Notes under the pieces: generated by a model | Told to the model about the DNA's origin: nothing | Seen by the model: the letters and a program-made list of their open reading frames with translations, nothing else | The model's database searches: none | Made by a program: the position numbers and the translations under genes | Part shown: piece by piece, positions 25,608 to 40,757 of the stretch | Layout: each line of letters begins with the position of its first letter | Numbering within the stretch: the first letter of the stretch is position 1 | Assembly: GCA_965153285.1 (NCBI GenBank) | Contig: OZ229114.1 | Reading direction: 5' to 3' (one strand) | Source of the DNA: Podarcis tiliguerta | Lineage: Eukaryota | Length of the DNA stretch: 64,000 nucleotides

Positions 25608-28600
25608 AATTTTATTTGTATGCCACCAGCAAAGCTGCTAAAGACTATATCAGGTAGAGCTGGAGAGAGAAAGAGATTGTGAGGGAAAGCATAATTCTCA
25701 GCCACCAGGGCTAATCCAGTGAGAAGGTAATACAATGCAACAGTTCAGGAACATACAAACAGGAATTGAAGGCAGAACAGTTATCCAAACGTAGTTCACA
25801 TAACCGCTTCCGCATATTAAAAGAAGGCTGCAGAGAGTCACATAGACAACCGACACTATGATCTTCTGATATCATGTATTCAAACTGCATAATAGGAACC
25901 CTAGTCACTTTTACAAAAACAAAAAGCCAAACAAAAAACCCACAAAACAGGGGTTCTAGTCTAATGTATACACACAAGAGTGCTAGCAAAGGAGTAATGT
26001 GGATTGAGGCCATGGTTCTTCATTGCAAAGAGAATCTCCATGTGGGCACATACATTGTTATATGACTAGAACGCCTTCTGATATAGTTTTAACATATAGA
26101 CATTGGCATGGATGGGCTTGCCTGTGTGATCCTGTATCCCCTGCCACACTTCCACTGAGGTGGTAACATGAACACTCCTCAAAACAAAGTCAAATGTAAG
26201 TTCCTTCTATGTTCCTATTTTATAGCTTTGTTTTTGATCTTTTAATTTTCATTTGTTATAATTGTTATAATGTATATAAAATGAAATAATAATAAAAATT
26301 TGACTACATACTAATACACACCCTATTAAAATAAGCAGGACTTACTTCTTTTTATTTTATTTAAAACACTGATATCCTTAGGAGGAAACATGGATAAGAC
26401 TGTAAGGCCGTAATCTTGTGCGCCTAGTGTAATTTCCATTGAACACAAGGGAACTTACTTCTGAGTAAATATGCATAAAGTCTATTAACTCTATTCTATG
26501 TAGTCCATTTCATCCTCATGATTATATTATTTTTGTACTGTATTTTTGTCTATTAGGGTTTGTCTACATTACTCAACTAAAATCACTTTCAGCAAAGTAG
26601 TTATTTATAGTGTTCCTTGCAAAATTAATATTATATAGCCCCCGAGGGTACTGCTTGGCTGCCAGACAAAGTGCTGTTGACCAATGCCTGACTGCCAGTA
26701 ATATCACAAGCTTCATCAACAGAAGTGTCTGATCTATCCACCCAGGGGACCAGATGCAAAGGGAAGACGTGCTCACTGCAGCCTTTATAAAAGTTGTGTA
26801 TATGCGTGTCAGAACTGTGTCTTATAATTAGAGAATCAAGGCATTTTCAAGACCCTTACAAAAAAGAGAATGTCCTGACATTGAGCATTTGGGTTTCTAG
26901 CAGATGATGTGACAGAAGCTTGTACTATATACTAGGTTTAAAAGTGCACCTAGTACTTATGATCACTGAGACAGAACGTTAGCCTAGCTACCCTGGAAAG
27001 GAAGCATCTAGACTAAATAATCTAGATTAAATAGTCTGCATCCTAGGTGAGAGAGAGAGTAGAGCTTAGACACTATATTGGATAAATGACATCATCACCA
27101 CCTCCACAGGCTTTTTTCTTAAGCAAAATATTTCCACTTTAACTGGGGAAAGTCAACTTCTAAGCATTTCAGGAGGATCTTGAAAGATAGTCTCCAGGCT
27201 TGCTATCACCTTGGTGAATGACAAATTTAAAGTGGCATTCAAACAAAAGAAAGACACCTAATGAGACTGAAGGGACAAGCCACTTTCATCCCATTGATTT
27301 ATGCAAGATTTATGCAAGAGACAGCACAGAAAAATCAAAAATCAAAAGAAGAGTTGGGGGGGTGTTCTGCTTTGCAATTTGGACAAAGGCTGACTGATAT
27401 ACTTTCCCAAGGAACTCCAAATTTTATAAATACATTCATGTACATTGTCTTAAGAGTAACTGCTTTGTACCATGTTGATTTTGTAGCTGCCTTCAGCATG
27501 CAAATTAAAACACACATATATATTGAGTTAATATGGGAGGGCCCATCCTCATTCATGGTAACTATTGCTCTGTTTTGGCAAACTGCTCTCTGCAGCTTTC
27601 TTTAAGCATTATACTTTCCATGAAATGATGGGAGAAAAGAGCAGGCTTCCCACGGCAGACGCTGGCCATCTAGCATGAGGGCACTTGTCCTCACTAAAGT
27701 TACCCATTGTAACTTTAACTGTGTGAGGGAAACTAGTAGTTAATCGTGGCTCATAGTTTGTTGTAAACCAGAACCAGAAACTACCATTTCAAATTATCTT
27801 ATTCTGGTTTGGAGGCAAACTACTGCTGGTTGGACAAACTATGGGTACAATCTGAATGTCAGAACAAATCATGGTATTGCAAACCAGAAGAGTGGAGGAA
27901 AGGGTCAGCTTACGAAAGGGTAGAGCAGAGCATGTGTGCCCGCAGCACATTCCCAATGGCCAAGCTGCAGTTTGATCATGATGCCTGAACTGGGAGAGTG
28001 AGAGCGTATATGTGCAGCGAGCTTCTGTATGTCACTGTCACAGCAGATGGAGGTCTCCCAGCTGATGGTTCTGATGAAAATTGTCATATCTGAGAGATCA
28101 CAGTCTAAACAATTCTTGAGATGTAAGCTATAGTCAGGGAAGAAAAACCATGCTGCATCTCAAACCATAATCATATGATTTCAGGGCTAGAAGCACTGGA
28201 CTCTTCTCAATGAACACTGAAAGCAGGCTACAAGCACATTTTATTGTGCGATGCTCATGCAAGGGCTACATCCCATCCATGTGTAACAGACTGGAGTAGG
28301 GAGGGTTGAAGAGGAGGAACAGATTTTCTGTTGGGTGGGGATGGTGAGATAAACTTTTTTTAAAAAGGCATGGGTGTCTGTGCAGGACTGCTTTATGAAA
28401 CATACCTGCTTCCCTTTTCCCAAGCCATCCTACTGTTTTGTAATAGTTTTCTTTGTAAAATTCTTTGAAGAATGTACACTCCCTTGCAATACTGTTCCCA
28501 CACAGATGCTCAGGTCTAGTCAGTCTGTTATTTTCTATGTCAGTTACCCAAGCGCATCACACACAAGAGCGGGGCAAAAGGTAAGTGTGAATAAGCCCAG

Positions 28601-28901
28601 GGTCAAAACCACTCAGTAATCAGCTGAAGGGATTTTTAACTAGGTAAATCACCTGAGACAGTCTACCACCCACTTCATACCACTCACTTGCCTGTACAAG
28701 TGGTGCTCTTTTTCCCCCCACTTTGGAGATAGTTCTGAGATTCTGAGAGTCTTCTTCATTGGATCTAGATCCCATCTGCACTCACATAGTGGGTAGCCAG
28801 AGCAAATAATACATTACAATGTTTTGGGGATGAAAAAAGATAAGTGAACAATTTGATGGGGCCAGTTCATAAGCTTGTAAGAAAAATGAGTGTCACAGTA
28901 C

Positions 28902-29036
28902 CTTTGCAGGTAAAGCATTTGATGTGAAAATGCCTGGCCTGGACACGAAGCACTTCTCCTTTGCATGGCTCCCCACATTTATGGCAGTGGATGACTGGCT
29001 TCTCTGTGGAATGGTGAGGCTCCTGAGGATGTGCCA
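28902..29036 (-). CDS. ABLIM1: ABLIM1 first common exon (135 bp), start of LIM1: (V)AHPQEPHHSTEKPVIHCHKCGEPCKGEVLRVQARHFHIKCFTCK
   Basis: Translated by hand (the ORF track shows only a shadow frame). Acceptor ttattttttacAG-type tract with AG at 29038-29037, donor AG|GTACTG at 28901, phase 1 at both ends, in frame with 8450-8633. Confidence 0.97.
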
Positions 29037-31732
29037 CTGTAAAAATAATAGGAAATTATATGCACAAGACTTTCTTCCATATTTGTCCAGCTTCTCACAG
29101 AGCTTTAACCAAAAAGATGCATTAAAAAAAATATGTATGACACTCACTAGGGAGCAATGGGGAAAGCAATTAAGGAAAACACAAGCAATGTCAAACCATA
29201 GCTTGCACTAAATGATCTCACACTTGTGATAAGAGCTCCACTGGTAGTGATTTGCCAGATCCACTGGGCTTAAGTGATACCCCTGCCACACCTGTAGGCT
29301 TTCCACCCATAGCCAAATATTTTAGATTCCTGTGAACTGCATTCTGCTTCAGTAGCCTGACAGTCAATCTACACTTTCATTAAAAAGCATGTGTTCAAAC
29401 ACTCCTGGGATGTAACCTCTTCAGAATCTGAAAAAGGGGATCACATAAAAACAGGCTTCATGGGCCATTTGCAATGTGATGTACACTTCATACAAAGTAA
29501 GAAAATACCAGAAGCAGGGCAGGGATAATAAGAAAAGAACTGTGTCAGACTAACATTCATTTCTGAATCTATCTAAACTCAACAGCTCTTTAACCAAATA
29601 ATTCTGAGGAAGTCATGTCAGTCAATATTGCTAGCATGCTAAAGTATAAATGTTCACTGTAATATTAGGGATGCAGAGAATCCCCCACCCACCAATTTGG
29701 AATAGTTGCTCATTTTAAATATTTTACAGAGCTACAGAGGCCAGACCAGCCTCAACTAGAAGACGGTTATTTAGTGATGCTGTGGAACACTTTCCCAGGA
29801 GATCCTCACTTTTAACTTTCAGGCATCTCCTGAAGACTTTTTCATGACAGTGCCCTGCAGCTGATGAATTTTTATCATGAATAGTCAGTCATTGGCACTT
29901 TTAAATGGTATTTTATGTTTTAACATTGTAAATCGCTCTCATATTTAATGATATGGTGGCACAGAAATAGTTTTATTCAATAGAAACAAATAAAGGTTTT
30001 AATTCAGCTGTCCTAACTGAGGAATCTATAGACATTCATTTGACTATATGCCATATTATGGGCTGAAATGGACTGCAGCCAATTTCTTGATCATGAGTAA
30101 GGAGAGGATATAGGAAGACATGTCCTTAATTTAGTCTATTGGAATTAATGGGACATAAAAAGACTGTCACTTTGCTTATGTTTCAACCTTTGAATTCTCC
30201 CTCCTTCCCTTTTTGTAGATTTGCTTAGTTTACAGGAGTGTAAACATCTATTCTATTTACAGTTGAAAGGTGTGGTGTACATTAATGTACCGGTAATTCT
30301 ATAGTCCCAAATTTCACATTTAAAATGTTTTATGGCAGCAAAACAGCTAGGAAGACAAAATGCTTTTTCTTTAACCCACGCCACCCACAACACTTCTGAT
30401 AGGTTTCTTGCTTTCTATTTACAGTGCCCTGTTATTTAATCCATATGAGTGCACAAAACACTGAAGGGAATGCCGACTAATGTTTTAATTAGCAATTATG
30501 TCTAAATAAGACCCCAGCAGCACACAGCCTTCGGTGAACCCTCCCTAATCTTTAAGTAATGAAGTTCTATTTTCGGACTACAAGACTGGGGTTATTAGCT
30601 TTCCCAAAAAAGACCACTGCATTAACTGGCAACTGAGGTAACACAGTACTTATGAAAGGGGGTGGAGGAAGACCACCCCAGGCACTGGGTATTCACTTAC
30701 AAAATAAAACTAGCAATAGCATCATTGCAGGCCCAGTTAACATGAAAACACAGGTGCTATGAGGCAGCTTGTTGAGTCCGAAAAACTGTATTAGTTAGTG
30801 GTTAGTTGTAAACTGCTTTCATCCTACTCTTGGTGTTGTGGATCTATTACTGCAGAAGTCCTGACACCTTAATGCTAACACTCTTCCTATTTAGCAATCC
30901 CTCAGCTGAAGTCTTCTCCAAGATTTTATTATACACTCACTCACTCACACTTACTTTTCTCATTTGCACTCTCATTGTACACTTCTGTCTCCTCCTCTCT
31001 CACTCTCTCCCTATCTACAAAAGACCATCCTGGAACTGGTGGTGTGACCCACCTAAGGTTGTAGGCCACAGCTTGCCAGCTGAAAACTAATGTTCTCTGC
31101 TATTTTCTCTTCCAGCTTCTGTACTGACTTCTCAAAATCCAAAGTTATAAGTGAGGTGCTACAAAAGCCTTTTAAGTTGTCTGTCAAGTGATACTGACAT
31201 ATAAACAAAGTCTCAAACCTGATTAATCAAAGACTATACAGACTTTCTGAACCTGCATCTTCAACATTTCATCAGCAGCTTGTATTATCTGTTGCTGGTG
31301 TAATTTGAACTGTTTACAATAAAGCCTTGATTGACAGTCCTACAAAGAGCCACCTACTGGTATTGTCCTGTGTGGAAGACACTAATTACAGGTTGGTGAC
31401 ATAGCTTCTTTGTATGCCAATGGAAAATTTATATGGATGCAACAAAGTGCAACAAGGGAGAAGTCTTACTACAGATGGAGATGAATAATAGTTTTTAAGT
31501 CGTATGAAAAAAAAATTATTTATTTTGTCGCACTATAATCTTTGGTGAGTTTGTATAGCTTTGAAACTCTATAAAATCCTGCAGAATCTCTGTAACCAAA
31601 ATAATAAAAAAAATAATCAAAAAATCAGCAGAACAGAAAAAGAGTAAAACCCTACCCACCCCTATATTCTAAAACAAGGAGCAATGTTCCACAAAAATTA
31701 AAGGCAAATCAAACATCTTAAAAAGCTTAGAT

Positions 31733-31868
31733 TGAGCATCCCCAACCTTCGGCCCTCCAGGTGTTTTGGACTACAGTTCCCATCATCCCTAACCACTGGT
31801 CCTGCTAGCTAGGGATCATGGGAGTTGTAGGCCAAAACATCTGGAGAGCTGCAGGTTAGGGGTGCCTG
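31733..31868. mobile_element. hAT-type MITE with perfect 8-bp target-site duplication
   Basis: GCTTAGAT at 31725-31732 and 31869-31876. Element is quasi-palindromic (ctccaggtgttttggactaca / tgtaggccaaaacatctggag). Confidence 0.88.
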
Positions 31869-33475
31869 GCTTAGATGCAGAACACTCAAAAGCTGAAAAA
31901 GTAGGACAGTTTTTTTACAAAAATATTAAATGTGCCTTATTTTTTATTTAACTTTCTGGCCAAGTTGAAATTATGACACAAGGACAAATGGCACAGTGCA
32001 AGTGGTGAATCATACATAAGCAGCAAGTGGCATTCTTTTGCTTACACTAAAAGGTTCAAAAAAACCTATTATCCAACCGGCACTAACAAGGTATCATTAA
32101 GAAGAAAACCCTTGGAATCCAGACAATGACAAAATAACTTAACCAGAGAACGCTGATCCATTTGGGTGGATAGGATTCTGCTCCAGCAACCTCAATCTGC
32201 CCTGAGCCAGCTGCCAGCCTTCTTACTTATGACCAGTCCAAGAGGTCAGTACTTGTCCAAAAGCCAGTACTTGTCGGCTTTCTCCTCCTTAGTGAGTGTT
32301 GCCCTTGTAGATCTCAGCAGAGAGGAGAATGGGGTCAAAATTCAATCTATTGGCTCCACCTACTTTTGGGCTCCCTGCCTTCTGCCCTACCAGTTCCAAT
32401 GAGCAACAGTCAATACTAAATTGAACGAAAATTGCTTGGGATTCCAATTCTAAAGTTCTCCAAGTCAACCTTTGCCCTTCACTTCCTAGCCCTGCACTGC
32501 CCAACCCCTCCAGAGAGTCAAGGTGATCAGAAATCCTAGAAACTAAACAAGAGATTTTAAAAAAAAGCACAACTGTTAGGGGAGGTTCCAGAGGCATTCA
32601 AATATTTCTCATTGGTTCACAGTTTCATTGTGACCAATTCATCTGAATATACTAATATTTCACGTCAACAGAAGAAACAAATATGTGCATTCAAAAACTG
32701 AGTATTTGTGTGAAATGAGCTGCCTATTCAGAGGTAACTAAAAATCCTTTGTAAGCACACCATTATAATTCTTGAAAGCCATATCTATCCCATTTTTTTG
32801 CTCAGACATTCTTGCATACCACTGTCGTATTTTGAACATTCCCTATTTGTAACCATGAGGACTACACATTTTCTTCATGAGTTTCTCTATACAATCCTTC
32901 TATGTCTTCCCTGTACACATATGCCCTCTCCACACGTCAGACCACAGATTACCCCTCACAGAGAAGTAGTGCTCCTGCACTGATTGAAATACAAATTCCA
33001 GAGGCAAAATATAGTTTTGGTATTCGTAGCATTACTGCTATTTGTGCCTCATGCATATCTCATAGCCACATCCTGACCAATATATCTGATGGTCGCAATT
33101 ACATGGCCAGCCACACTCCCCATAGTCCTGAAACTGAAGCTCAGCAACTGAATTCAGCTTCTTGGGAAGAAGCTATTTTTTAAAATAAACCTTTGCCCCA
33201 CTGGAAATATACATTACATGGTAAAGCTCTCTAATAACAAAGGTGACCTTGCATGCAGCAGAAAGGAGATGCACAGCACTGAAATAGGAAACAAACTGGG
33301 AGTATATGGGGTTTTTTTCTTTTCTTTTAAATAGTTTCATTAGAAATACATATGGTATAATCTCTTCCATAGTCATACTCTGAGAAAGATCCTGAATCAC
33401 CACCAAAACACTACCGCCACACTTTTTCACCGAGAACAATAAGCATGAGCTAAATTTACTTGTAGCAGCTTGATG

Positions 33476-33630
33476 AACATAGGAAGCATTCATATTCCAA
33501 GTCACACTATTGATCCATCTAGTTCAGCACTATCTACACAGACAGGCAGCAGCTCTCCATGATTTCAAGCAGGAATCTCTCCTAGCCCTACCTGGAGATG
33601 CGAAGGATTGAATTTGGGATCTTCTATATT
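33476..33630 (-). mobile_element. Old tRNA-derived SINE (same family as 56896-57085)
   Basis: aacataggaagc...ccatctagttcagca...ggcagcagctctcc...ggattgaatttggga is the reverse complement of that family's body. Confidence 0.55.
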
Positions 33631-35495
33631 TAGAAGTACAGCTCTGGAACAGATATTAACAGCTATGATTTGTCCGAGGATATTATACTTACATAAGCAA
33701 AGCTACTTTTAGAAAGACAGAAAGAAATAAACTTTGAAGCCTTAATTTCAAAGCAAGCAGAACGTTTTGAGCATATTTTAGGCAGCAGATGCAATTTGTA
33801 AGATGCTTATTAGAAGCCAGCTGAATTTCATAAGACACATCATTTTTTTCTGTTCCCTGAGTCTGCACACTTTATACTACCCAATCTGCTTTATGTGCAT
33901 TACAATTGTAATGTCTTCATATTCTTAGAAATACCACCCCATGAGGTCATTCCCCCAGGAGAGAAGCCCAGATTCTGGGGTATAAAATGGCAATTAGCAA
34001 TTGATCATGTTCACCTATAAAAAGCACACCTTTCCATAAGGACAGGAAAGCACACCTCTATGAGACCATCCAATAGCCAGTTAATGAGTTATTTATTTTA
34101 TTATTATTGTATTTTTATTCTCATGGAGAAGTCTGAGTGGGATGTGGACCAGTCTTGGATACTATGCACCTGGAGGATGTGTGTCATTAGTTGCAAATTT
34201 GTCTTCTTATTTGAATTAAGTGCATTTTCCCTTCAATATTGGTATTCGTAAGTTCAAAAAACTCTGCATCAGAAACAAAAGATTCTATCAACTTCTCTAA
34301 ATAAAGCATCTCCTCACTTTTGCTTACACATTTCCACTCACTTTCAGTGAACAAAATTGCTAGGTAGAATGATCAGATTTGCATTTTAACCTTAACCTTA
34401 TAAGCTAAGTAAACGGTGGGGAAATGGAATGGCCTTCTACTCTCACATTATCAGAATAAGTCATACATGGATCCCCAGTTACCACCACTTTGAACTCCAA
34501 AGGTAATTTGCTTCTGTCAGGCTACTTCATAACATACAGAATTTCAACATGGAAGGTACATCTGCATAATAATTTAACCCATCACATGCATCTACACTAT
34601 AACATAAACAATTCTACATCCACATACGCTACTGCATGTGTACATGAAAACTGACAGCATGTGTACATGAACACTGTGGGTACAGACAGCATTTTTCATG
34701 TATGTAGGATCATCACACACCACCACCTGCACAGCACCTTCTCTGCAGAAGTGTTGTAATATGTGATTAAGTTTCTAGAGATACACAGTCAGTTTTCTTT
34801 CCAGTAGCTGGAGTCCTTCAGTCAGATACTTGGTCTCTGTCATACTATTTGCAAGAATGTTCAGTGTGCTTTGATGTCCTTGACTCTCATTTGCCCTTTC
34901 CTCACTGGCTCTGCAATGCATTTTTAAAATTTCTTCACACATATCATATCCACTGCAGGTCAAACTGACCTCTGAGAATCAATTTTACACTGAAAGCGCC
35001 AGGTAAGCGCTTAGCGTTCAGTTTGTGTGGCTAGGAGTTCCATATTGGGGAGAATGGAAGCAGCCAAATAGAAACAGAACTTCCTCAAAACGATATGGTC
35101 CATATGTCCTATGCTAATTCCAAAAAAAATTAGATTAAAGTGAGTGACGGAATTCATAATTCCCACATGAGAAAGTTCAAGCTGTTTTAGAGTTGCTCAT
35201 TATCCCTGTAAGAGCAACTATCTAAAAAGATAATCGGGAAGATCCATTTCATCAAGATGTGTGATATAGCTGTAAGCTTCACTGTCAAACACACAGCAAC
35301 CAAGAAATTTGAGCAAAAAGAAAAAACTCACAACAAAGTGATGTCATCTGACATCACATATTTTGTAAAAATAAGACTTTGTGGAAGAAAGAGAAGATTA
35401 CCTAGGATTGAGCATGCATCATTTGTATAATCTACGGTTGGACCCAAACTAAGTTAATTACAATTAGATCCCATTAAAATCAATGGGACCTAGAT

Positions 35496-35627
35496 CAGGA
35501 TTTCCTAAACTTGGGTTTCCAGCCGTTTTTTGGACTACAATTCCCATCATCCATGACCATCGGTCCTGCTAGCTAAGGATGATGGGAGTTGTAGGAGTTG
35601 TAGGTGACCCAAGTTTGGGAAACCCTG
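35496..35627. mobile_element. hAT-type MITE
   Basis: TIRs caggatttcctaaacttggg / cccaagtttgggaaaccctg, same core as 31733. Confidence 0.82.
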
Positions 35628-35631
35628 TTCT

Positions 35632-35732
35632 ATAATAATAATAATAATAATAATAATAATTTATTTATACCCCGCCCATCTGGCTGGGTTTCCCCAGCCA
35701 CTCTGGGCGGCTTCCAACTGAATATTAAAAAC
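35632..35732 (-). mobile_element. L2-family 3' tail with (TTA)n microsatellite end
   Basis: 35675-35712 is the reverse complement of 11249-11286 (37/38 identical), followed on the minus strand by a TTA-repeat tail. Confidence 0.85.
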
Positions 35733-38700
35733 AGTTCTAGATCCATCATTATCATCAGAATTATTTGCTTGGCTGTTTAAGCTGGCTTGAGTTGCCTTGG
35801 GAAAAATAAAGCGACTAACAAATTTAATAACTAATAATAAAATAATAATTTATTTCCTAAACTGTGCTCAGAGGGGCTCACAAGAACAGCGAACATATCT
35901 ATATAGGTACAGCAGAAACACTGATACATTTATGACGAACACTTTATAATACAGTATTTACGTTCACATGAGAAAGCTAGCATACCTCACGATTTAAAAA
36001 GCTCTGGTTTATGTTTAAAAGAAAAACACTTTACCCCAGAAATGTCCAGGTTAAAAATGTGCAACTTACTGCTAAGAATTTCCAGAAATTTACATCAAGT
36101 TATCAAGCAAAAATCCCCCACATTGGAATGTTTCGGTTTCCAGTTTCCAAATTCCCATCTCTACCTCCAACCACTAAACCCCCCAGTGCAGAATTACTGT
36201 TTCTTTTTAGAAAGCGTGGCTTCCTTAATCCTATCTTATATATATTTCAAAACTCCTTTTGATCTACACACAATGTGAAGCTTGGTCACAGAAAGAATGC
36301 AGATTGCCTGGCCTCTATTGCTTCACTTTGTCTATCCCATTTTTTTCCAATACTACAGTTATCAAGACTCCTGCTCCTCTTACTAAGCTATACATAGTAT
36401 GTGACACATCAGCATATCTCCACGCTCAAGAGAGAGAGAATTGTTCTTAATGATTGCAGTGTCGCAATGCTGTTAAGAAACACATGCCTAGAGGAAAACA
36501 TGAAATTGCTGTTAACTAAAAAGGGAGCAGAAAGAGATGAAAAAGGGAAATGTAAACTGTATATTCCAGGACAAATCTCAGAAATAATGTTTTCATCTAC
36601 TCAGATAAAAAATAATCTCCCATCCACCTGCTGCAATTTTCCAACAGAGTTTACAAGTGGTAGTCACAAGAAGACAAGCCACTGCTTCACTGCCCTCTTA
36701 AGGGATTTTTTTCCTAGCTCTGAAGACTCTTCAGTCATTTGTATGGAGCATGACAAGGGTATGTAGTGCTGCATTCACAAGTGGGGTTCATTGCGTTAGT
36801 TTAACTGATTATAAGGTTCACACTTTTGTCCCATTTTCTAACATTTCTTTCACACTGCACACGCCAGTCATTCCTTGACTGCTTTACCGCCATGTTGCGG
36901 CAAATGTCATTCACATATGTTATTCCTCCATGCCATCCTTCTCCCACTACACTCCACCATTTTTACAGGCTTAACCTTTTCAGCATTCCACCTCATGACT
37001 TGTCACCTCAGCAGCTGCAACATGAAACTGGAAAAGGTGAATAAAATGTGCAAACCTCCTGGGATTTTTCAGGCTGAGGGGGCTGCAAACAGATTTTCTC
37101 TGGAACCTTATAACATGGAAATGAGCACTAATCTTGCACAATATTGCATTCCATTCTATGAGTTTTCTGAAACTGACTTTTACATCATGTGAAAGTCTAA
37201 TATAATGCACAAAATAACTGTTAGAAAAATGGCAGGGAAATTGTATAAACAGCTGTGTGAAAGAAGCCCAGGTTACACTGGGCTCCTGAGCCTTATGTTT
37301 GATAGCCCTGCTTTAAACCAATTCAGAAATGCAGAAAAACACTTTCCTCCCATCTCAAGTTTCCCTGCAGTTTTGCAAGAAAATCGAACACTCAGGGAAA
37401 CATGGTGCTGAAAGGAGGTTTTATTATATTTGTGGAAGCACCTGCATGTCAGGCTCTTCTATGATTTCAGAAAACTAGCAGTTGAAGAAGAATGTACTGT
37501 ATATTATGCCCTGGTGCAGGAGCCTTTGAAGTGGCAAGCGCTTTCATGCATCTCATGCATCTCAGTTAGAACTGGTCTGCAAAATGAGAGAGAACTAACC
37601 CCCCAACCTCTCTTTAAGAGACAAACTCAAATAGAACTATAAATATTATCTATCCACTTCCACCCTCTTGCAGATTGATGTTGTTTCCAGGAAAGTACTG
37701 AGCATTCCATATTTGTCCCCAAAGACCATCATTCAGGCAGCTTGGCAAAAGACAACTGCTCATTTAGTCCATCTGAATTCAAGTGAACTGTATTGTTTTT
37801 AATCCGTCTGAATTTAAGCCATTAATTGAACATCCTAAACCAGCATTCCAAGCAAACACACTGACCCCGAAAGTTATTGGTCATGCCATCATATACTCAG
37901 GGAGAGAGGGAAAACGGCTGGGATTTTATTCTTCATCTGCAGCAATGTTGACTTTGCATTCTCTTTTAGATCTCTGTTGTAAGCAAGCTAATCAGGGTGA
38001 GAAAATGCTGATGATCCAAGCACGGATGGATTATCCATTTGCTAAGATCAGCACTTCAAGTGGCGGACAGCAGGCAGACTTTCCCAGATACAACTGGTGG
38101 AGCTGGGAAATGACCTTGTGTAAGAAAAAGCAGTGCCGTCACCACTTATTTAGCATAGTACAGTGTTTTTCAAACTTTCTGCCTTCAGAAAACCAAGTTC
38201 GCACCCAGTTTCTCAACTAAGCAACCTCCTAAGTTTGTAGAGAATTCTGAGAAGGGTGAACACTTGAACCAAGTATTATTATTACTATTTATTAGTCACA
38301 ATTTACACAAAAGCAACTCAAAGACTTACAGAAAGATGATGGGCAACAGAAACTGCACAGATACTTCTTCTAGCTAGCTGCTATTATCTCATTTCTGGTC
38401 AGCAGATCAGAATGAAAAATTGTCATGGTACAGGTTTCAAAAGCAGTTTTGACCAGCAACCTGCTCTGACTTCATTTCACCTCCACAACAGCACCTTTAC
38501 AAGCTTAGCATAAATTAAGCTTCTGTTGATCAACAAGAACAGAAATGTTTTCTTCTACATGGGCAGCTAATTAGCGATGCATACACAAAATAAATTTAAA
38601 GCACATTGCTTCCCCTAAGAATCCTTTGCCACTTATGAGTGGATTGCTTATAGACGTAGACTTTGCATGGACAAGTATACTGAAATTTGGAACCCGTTTA

Positions 38701-38884
38701 TACAAAATATAGTATGTTAAAATAAATATATCTGTACTTTGATAATAATATCTATATATTAGATAAATATATTTTGTAATTGTTAATTCCTCTAGTGATA
38801 TAGTATACCTTTCTTTCCTTTTCCCCCTTTATTACATTCTCACTTTTTATTTTTATTCCATGACATTTATTTTATGTATTGCAA

Positions 38885-38912
38885 AATAACAACAACAACA
38901 ACAACAACAATA

Positions 38913-38955
<43 letters not shown>
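38885..38955. repeat. Compound (AAC)n(AAT)n microsatellite
   Basis: read directly. Confidence 0.9.
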
Positions 38956-40547
38956 GAAAATAATTCTTGCTCCAATAACATGTAGAATAAAGTCCTTTTC
39001 AAACAGGTTCAATCAACAGAATTTTATTAGAGCAAGTTTGCCTATGCATCATAACAACAGCTGACAGGATTGGATTCTTACTCCGAGGGTCTCACTGACA
39101 TGCAAAATGACAACATTTCCTCATATTTGCAGATGCCAAAGTACCATTTAGCTGTGTCAAATTCCAGTTTGTGTACAAAGTCAGTGTGTTGCTAAGGAAA
39201 TTACAGATGATACGGTATTGTACAAACACCATTCTCTTAATTACATCATTTTGCCCCGGTGGAAAATCACAGCTATGAGAGCAATACAAAGGAAACACAC
39301 TCTGCCGAGGCTGGAGCTGGAGCTTCTTTCTCACATATAATAATATCATCCTGAACCTATCCTATGCACTTTGGTCAACCATCTGGGGTTCTGCTCAATT
39401 TTCTCCTGCCTTCAGAAATGAGGAATATTGGCAGAAGAGTGCATAGTTACACTAGGTTTACAAATAAAAAATAAAAAACCAAACCAAATTACTGCTGTAT
39501 TAAGTATGGGGCAAGCAACCGCATAGAAGGGGTCACCTGACAGCCTTATTAAGAGTTACAAACTGGTCACCCTCTCAGAAACTGCCGATTACAGATTTGA
39601 ACATGTACCTCTCCACTGAAGTGAACTGGTTATTGCTTACTGAAGGTCTGTTCATCACCCACATAACCCCATTTCTGACCTCCACTAGAGAAGCACTTGC
39701 TGCTAACAGAGGCCTGCCACTTAGTAGGGAAACATCACCATGCTGGAATGCCCACCAACACCCTGTTGCATTCCTCAGTGGGGCTCCTAATTCTCAACTG
39801 ACAGGTGGCTATTTGGAAGACAGGTACAGACTGATGAGAACACATAAGCTGATCCCCACCCCCTTGCTCCTGCGTATAGAAGGGGCAGGGTGCCCTTGGA
39901 TACAACGCAGAATGGACAGCATAGTCAAGTAAACTTGGCCAAATCAACAAATATCTGACTGAACAGGGTGTGCATGTGAAGGAATAAAACTATGGCATCA
40001 GTAACATTGTAAACCTGCGTCTTTTAAGGTCACCAGAACTCCAGCAGCACAGCTTCCAAATTTCCCTATGTACATATTAAAGCTGGCTAGGGCAGAAAGT
40101 AACAAAGAATGTTGTTGTGGGTTTTTTTTTGGGGGGGGGGCTACTATTAACTAGATTGCACTACATTGGATCTACTTATATTCTAGTTGAAATGACGCCT
40201 GTATCGTTTCATGGTGGCTTTCCCAATTACTGTGATTTCCCCACACAATTTTTCCTAATACTTTGACTATCATTGTATTAAATGTTAATGTCCAAAAGCT
40301 ATTTCTGGTTGTTGTTGGGGGGTTTTTTGGGAGGGAAGGAACTGCACACTTGTACCTCAAGATTCATTATCAATATAACACAGGAAAGAACCAGTATTTT
40401 GGTTTTCCATGGCAGGCAGGCACCTGCCAGGTTGGCTTCCTAAAACATCTATTTTCCATAGAAAAGACAAAGCAGAGGTATGCCTGAAAATGCATAATTT
40501 CACACCACACCATCAGAAGCAGGCCTAACCTACTTAAACCGGTATGG

Positions 40548-40757
40548 AGCCAGAATGGTGAAGTGATTAAGAGTGTTGGACTAGCACCTAGGAGAGCTTG
40601 GTCATGAGGGCTCACTGGATGACCTTGAGCCAGTCACTGTCTCTCAGTCTAACCTACCTCACAGGGTTGTTGTGGGGATTAAATGAGAAGTGGGGGAACC
40701 ACGTAGGTCCTTGGAGCAAAGGACAGCTATAAATCCAATAGATAAATAATAAATAAA
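40548..40757 (+). mobile_element. MIR-like/CORE-type tRNA-derived SINE
   Basis: Decayed A-box head, core gaccttgagccagtcactgtctctcag...cctacctcacagggttgttgtg, (AAAT)n tail. Confidence 0.7.

Noticed and set aside
28893-29211. ORF-track entries of 84 aa (-) and 95 aa (+)
   Set aside because: Shadow and antisense frames of the real 135-bp ABLIM1 exon
30701-30725. ATG...T|GTAAGT phase-1 mini exon (MMLLLVLF)
   Set aside because: Such short matches arise by chance in 30 kb of intron; no promoter or homology support
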